A DNA stretch of 64,000 nucleotides from Clostridia bacterium (GTDB lineage Bacteria; Bacillota; Clostridia; Christensenellales; CAG-314), in NCBI GenBank assembly GCA_017500855.1, contig JAFVYC010000024.1, forward strand, positions 8,330 through 72,329. Direction: 5' to 3'. The notes below the pieces were generated by a model. That model had not been told where the DNA came from, searched no databases, and saw only the letters and a program-made list of their open reading frames with translations. Position 1 is the stretch's first letter. Each line of letters opens with the position of its first letter. This document shows positions 60,264 to 64,000 of the stretch, piece by piece. A program made the translations under genes and the position numbers.

Positions 60264-60653
60264 ATGAGAGGTTACGCAAGAGAAGTTGCCTTTTGCAAAA
60301 TTTTTGCATATATCATTGCCGAGGATTTGGACGGAGATTTTTCCCAATTCGACAAGGAAAAGTTGACGGACGAAGATTTGCAATTTGCACAAAGCCTTGT
60401 AGAAGGCGTTGTTGAACACAAGGCCGAGTTGGACGGCATCATTTCGGAACTTTCCCAATCCTTCAAGTTGGACAGAATTTACCGTCCCGACCTTGCCGCT
60501 TTGGAACTTGCATTGTACGAAATGCAACACACCGACACGCCACATCCCGTTGTTATCAACGAAGTTGTTGGCATTGTCAAACGCTATTCTACCGAAAAGA
60601 GCGTAAGGTACGTCAATGGCATTTTGGCAGCCTACGAAAGGGGTTTGAAATGA
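60264..60653 (+). CDS. nusB: Antitermination factor NusB
   Basis: AREVA, VVINEVV and YVNGIL. Confidence 0.93.
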   Translation: MRGYAREVAFCKIFAYIIAEDLDGDFSQFDKEKLTDEDLQFAQSLVEGVVEHKAELDGIISELSQSFKLDRIYRPDLAALELALYEMQHTDTPHPVVINEVVGIVKRYSTEKSVRYVNGILAAYERGLK

Positions 60654-61447
60654 TGCTTTTGTACGGCAAAGTTGTTGCCGAAAACATTCAGCAAGAAATT
60701 CAACAAAAAGTTCAAAACGGGTTCGACAAAAAACTTTGCACAATTGGCTTTGAACAAGCCGAGTGGTTGCAGTACGTCACAAGTTTGCAAAAAACTTGCC
60801 AAAAACACGGCATTTGCTGTGAAAACATCGTTGCAGAAGATGGAATTTTGCCACAAGAATTTTTCCGTTTGGTAGAAGATACTTGCAAAAGGCAGGACGT
60901 GCAAGGTGTGATGGTGCAACAACCGTTGCCCAAGCAGTACAAAGATGCAGTCAACTTTGTGGACGTCAACAAGGACGTTGACTGTTTGAACCCATTGTCC
61001 GTTGCAAAACTTTACCTTGGCGAAAGTGGGCGTTTGCCTGCCACACCCAAGGCTGTGTTGCAACTTTTGGACTACTACAAAATTGACGTTGCCGGCAAAA
61101 ACGTAGTTGTTGTTGGCCGTGGAAGGGCTGTTGGCAAGCCACTGGCTTTGATGCTTCTTGCACGCAACGCAACTGTTACTATTTGCCACACAAAAACGCA
61201 AAACATTGCCCAAATTTGCAAAAATGCCGACATTATTGTGTCCGCATGCGGAGTTGCAGGGCTAATCACGCAAGACTTTGTCACGGAAAAATCCATTGTT
61301 GTGGACGTTGGCTTGAGTTTTGTGGATGGCAAAACTTGTGGCGACGTGGACAAGTCTGTCTACGAGGTTGCATGCGCAGTTTCCCCCGTGCCGGGTGGCG
61401 TTGGCCCCATCACAAGAATGGCGCTTTTGCAAAATTTGCTCAAATAG
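60650..61447 (+). CDS. folD: Methylene-THF dehydrogenase (FolD family)
   Basis: QQPLP, KDVD, PATP and SPVPGGVGP. Confidence 0.92.
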   Translation: MMLLYGKVVAENIQQEIQQKVQNGFDKKLCTIGFEQAEWLQYVTSLQKTCQKHGICCENIVAEDGILPQEFFRLVEDTCKRQDVQGVMVQQPLPKQYKDAVNFVDVNKDVDCLNPLSVAKLYLGESGRLPATPKAVLQLLDYYKIDVAGKNVVVVGRGRAVGKPLALMLLARNATVTICHTKTQNIAQICKNADIIVSACGVAGLITQDFVTEKSIVVDVGLSFVDGKTCGDVDKSVYEVACAVSPVPGGVGPITRMALLQNLLK

Positions 61448-61450
61448 TGT

Positions 61451-62623
61451 ATGATTATTTCCGTTTCTCAACTAAACAACTACATACGTGGACTGTTCGA
61501 CATGGACAACGTGTTGCAAGACATTTCCATTTGTGGCGAAGTTACCAATTTGAAGCGAGCAAGGGACGGTTGGTATTTTTCCTTGAAGGATCAAGACAGC
61601 GCAATTGATTGCTTTTGCTATGCAAACAGCGCCGTGCCCGTTCAAGGCGCAATGTCCGTTGCCGAAGGAACTGTCAACTTTTTTGCAAAAAGTGGGCGAG
61701 TGTCCTTCTTTGCAAAGAAACTTACCGTCACCGACAAGTCTGGTCAGGCTTACGAAGCATTTTTGAAGCTAAAAGAAAAGTTGCAAGCCGAAGGTTTGTT
61801 CGACGTTGAACGAAAAAAGCCCGTGCCACATTGTTGCACCAAAATTGGCGTTGTCACAAGCGCAACAGGCGCAGTAATTCACGACATTCAAAACGTTGTT
61901 TTTCGCAGACAGCCTTTTGCCAACATCTTTTTGTACCCCGTCAAGGTGCAAGGCGTTGGCGCCGATTTTGAAATTGCGCAAGGCGTTTTGTACTTTTCCA
62001 ACACCGACGTGGACGTTGTTATTGTTGGCCGTGGTGGTGGTTCCAACGAGGATTTGTCGCAATTCAACTCGGAAATTGTTGCAAGGGCAGTTGCATCTTG
62101 CACAAAACCCGTTGTTTCGGCAGTTGGGCACGGAGTGGACTTTACCATTTGCGATTTCGTTGCCGACAAACGTGCCGTGACACCGTCGGAAGCAGCCGAG
62201 TTTGTCACCATCGACAGCAACTTGGCAAAAACCAAAATTGCCATTTTGCTTGGAAAAATTCATAGCGTTGCGCAAGCAAAAATTCAAGAAAGGTCCGATC
62301 TTGCAAAGTACAGTTTGCGACACATTTTTTCCCACGTGGAGCACAAACTTTCCAATGCAAAAAACGGTGTTTTGCAAAACTTGCAACGTTGCCACAATGC
62401 AACGCAACAAAAATTGCAAAACAACAAAAGCCGTTTGGACAAAACAACTGCCGTCATTTCGGCATCTAACCCACTTGCCGTGTTGAAGCGTGGCTATTCG
62501 GCAGTAACTGTCGACGGCAAGCGAATTTCAACAGTTTCTCAACTAGCCGTTGGGCAAAAAATTTCCGTTGCGTTTTGCGACGGTGTGGCAACTGCCACAG
62601 TCAACAGTTTGGAGGAAAAATGA
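61451..62623 (+). CDS. xseA: Exodeoxyribonuclease VII large subunit
   Basis: YFSLKD, GRGGGSNEDL, SAVGH and TPSEAAE. Confidence 0.95.
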   Translation: MIISVSQLNNYIRGLFDMDNVLQDISICGEVTNLKRARDGWYFSLKDQDSAIDCFCYANSAVPVQGAMSVAEGTVNFFAKSGRVSFFAKKLTVTDKSGQAYEAFLKLKEKLQAEGLFDVERKKPVPHCCTKIGVVTSATGAVIHDIQNVVFRRQPFANIFLYPVKVQGVGADFEIAQGVLYFSNTDVDVVIVGRGGGSNEDLSQFNSEIVARAVASCTKPVVSAVGHGVDFTICDFVADKRAVTPSEAAEFVTIDSNLAKTKIAILLGKIHSVAQAKIQERSDLAKYSLRHIFSHVEHKLSNAKNGVLQNLQRCHNATQQKLQNNKSRLDKTTAVISASNPLAVLKRGYSAVTVDGKRISTVSQLAVGQKISVAFCDGVATATVNSLEEK

Positions 62624-62823
62624 GCCTGGAAAAGAAACTGGCAATGCTAGACAGCCTTGCCGACAAAATAGAAGACAAGGACACTTCCTTGGAAGAAAGT
62701 ATCAAAATTTTTGAACAAAGTGTAGATTTGGCTACCGAATGCATGAAAATACTTGGCGACTGCAGTGGAAAACTGACGGTGCTTCAAGAAAAAGTCAGGG
62801 GGATAACGGATGAAAACAGTTGA
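62620..62823 (+). CDS. xseB: Exodeoxyribonuclease VII small subunit
   Basis: SLEESIKIFEQ; GGAGG SD; position after xseA. Confidence 0.9.
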   Translation: MSLEKKLAMLDSLADKIEDKDTSLEESIKIFEQSVDLATECMKILGDCSGKLTVLQEKVRGITDENS

Positions 62824-63613
62824 CACAGCATTTGTAAACGAATTGTTGAAACAAAGTGTTCCAAGCGCATCCAACAAGGCAACAATGGCGTTGGAGTACA
62901 GTTTGATGGGTGGTGGAAAGCGCATCCGTCCGTTGCTTTTGCTAAACACAGCCAAAGCAGTTGGCAAACGTCTTTCCAAAAACGCACAAAAACTTGCCGT
63001 TGCGTTGGAATGTATTCACACCTATTCGCTCATTCACGACGATTTGCCTTGCATGGACAACGACGACATTCGCCGTGGCAAACGCACTTGCCACATGCAG
63101 TATGGCGAAGCATTTGCATTGCTTGCCGGTGATGCATTGCTCAACTTGGCTGTGGAAACGGTTTTCCAAGGTAGTTTCAGCAAAAACTACATTTCCGCAT
63201 GCCAATTCTTGTTCAAAATGAGTGGTGTGTACGGCATGATTCACGGTCAATGCTTGGATTTGCTTGCTTCCGGCAGAGATTTGCAAGAAGCAAACCAAAT
63301 TGCTTTGCACAAAACGGGCGATTTGTTCCGTGCTTCCATTGTGTGTGGAGCAATGTGCGCAGGCGCAAACAGCCAAGAAATTGCCATCTTCGATGAAATT
63401 GCAACAAAGTTTGGCATTTGCTACCAAGTCATCGACGACTTATTGGACGCTGAAAAGTGCGAGCAATCTTTCCTTGACATCATGTCGGAAAAGGAATGCC
63501 GTGCCTACGCCGAAGATTTGACAAACCAAGTCAAGGCGCTTTGCGACAGCCTTCCCTACGATTTGCAATTTATCAAAGAAATTGCCGACAGAAATTTTTC
63601 CCGAAAGTTCTAG
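62810..63613 (+). CDS. ispA: Geranyltranstransferase (FPP synthase)
   Basis: GGKRIRP, HDDLPCMDNDDIRRG and QVIDDLLD. Confidence 0.95.
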   Translation: MKTVDTAFVNELLKQSVPSASNKATMALEYSLMGGGKRIRPLLLLNTAKAVGKRLSKNAQKLAVALECIHTYSLIHDDLPCMDNDDIRRGKRTCHMQYGEAFALLAGDALLNLAVETVFQGSFSKNYISACQFLFKMSGVYGMIHGQCLDLLASGRDLQEANQIALHKTGDLFRASIVCGAMCAGANSQEIAIFDEIATKFGICYQVIDDLLDAEKCEQSFLDIMSEKECRAYAEDLTNQVKALCDSLPYDLQFIKEIADRNFSRKF

Positions 63614-63764
63614 GCTGGTTGCAATTTGCAAACAACTTTGACAAGAAGGCAACAAAAACCAGCATCAAGATTTCTTGATTGGCAACTATTTTGCAAAAAT
63701 CATACTTTTTGCTAGTTTCTACTATAATTTAGTAGGTTACAGGTAACATCCGATTTGCTATTTG

Positions 63765-63793
63765 TTGACAAAGGCAAACAGATGTGCTAAAAT
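63765..63793 (+). promoter_or_regulatory. Strong SigA promoter of the OLE RNA
   Basis: TTGACA-17-TAAAAT with extended TG. Confidence 0.8.
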
Positions 63794-63824
63794 AAAATAT
63801 GGCTATATAGCCAATAATTGAATA

Positions 63825-64000
63825 TAAATTTGGTGGTGCAGTATTCTAGTCAGAAACAGGTGTGTTGAGGGCGGGACTAAAAGACCTTTAAAGAGCATAT
63901 CGATGAAGTTTCTTGTGCTGGCTTTCGTTGCCCAAACGGGGGCTTGTGCTGGAAGTTAAGAATAGTGGGTAAGACGTAATGGCATATGTTATAATCCCAT
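63825..64000 (+). ncRNA. ole: OLE RNA, 5' portion (runs off the window)
   Basis: GTGCAGTATTCTAGTCAG, ATCGATGAAGTT..GTGCTGGC, GGGCTTGTGCTGG..GTTAA and AATGGCAT match OLE 5' motifs as recalled; canonical position downstream of ispA. Confidence 0.88.

Noticed and set aside
1-64000. Stop-codon reassignment, tRNA/rRNA genes, IS elements or prophage
   Set aside because: Conserved genes are full length and end in TAA, TAG or TGA; no tRNA, rRNA, transposase or integrase signatures were seen.

Overview
This is a core chromosomal region of an anaerobic, spore-forming Clostridia-type bacterium (a Christensenellales-like lineage is a guess). Almost all genes lie on the + strand. The order is rsmD'-coaD-aroF, ylbJ/tmcAL(-), pta-ackA, yceD-rpmF, rnc-smc-ftsY, ylxM-ffh-rpsP-khpA-rimM-trmD-rbgA-rnhB-yraN, rplS, comM-dprA-topA-trmFO-hslVU-aspS-rseC-trxA, iscRSU, ruvX-DUF1292, rpsB-tsf-pyrH-frr-uppS-cdsA-dxr-rseP-ispG-[PolC-derived gene], rimP-nusA-infB-rbfA-nrnA-truB-ribF-nfo-pepQ-efp, a decayed RHS toxin/immunity islet(-), spoIIIAA-AH, yqhY-nusB-folD-xseAB-ispA, and the 5' part of an OLE RNA. 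Five things stand out: (1) the gene at the polC position is an intact 543-aa protein with PolC N-terminal, OB and exonuclease-like domains, but no PHP or polymerase domain and no DEDDh catalytic residues; (2) the palindrome TTGCAA is highly iterated across the window, alongside Cys-rich proteins; (3) a collapsed RHS gene is followed by toxin-tip/immunity pairs; (4) several mRNAs look leaderless, including two sporulation genes; (5) an OLE RNA is present. All calls come from motif and synteny recognition by eye; no database searches were run.
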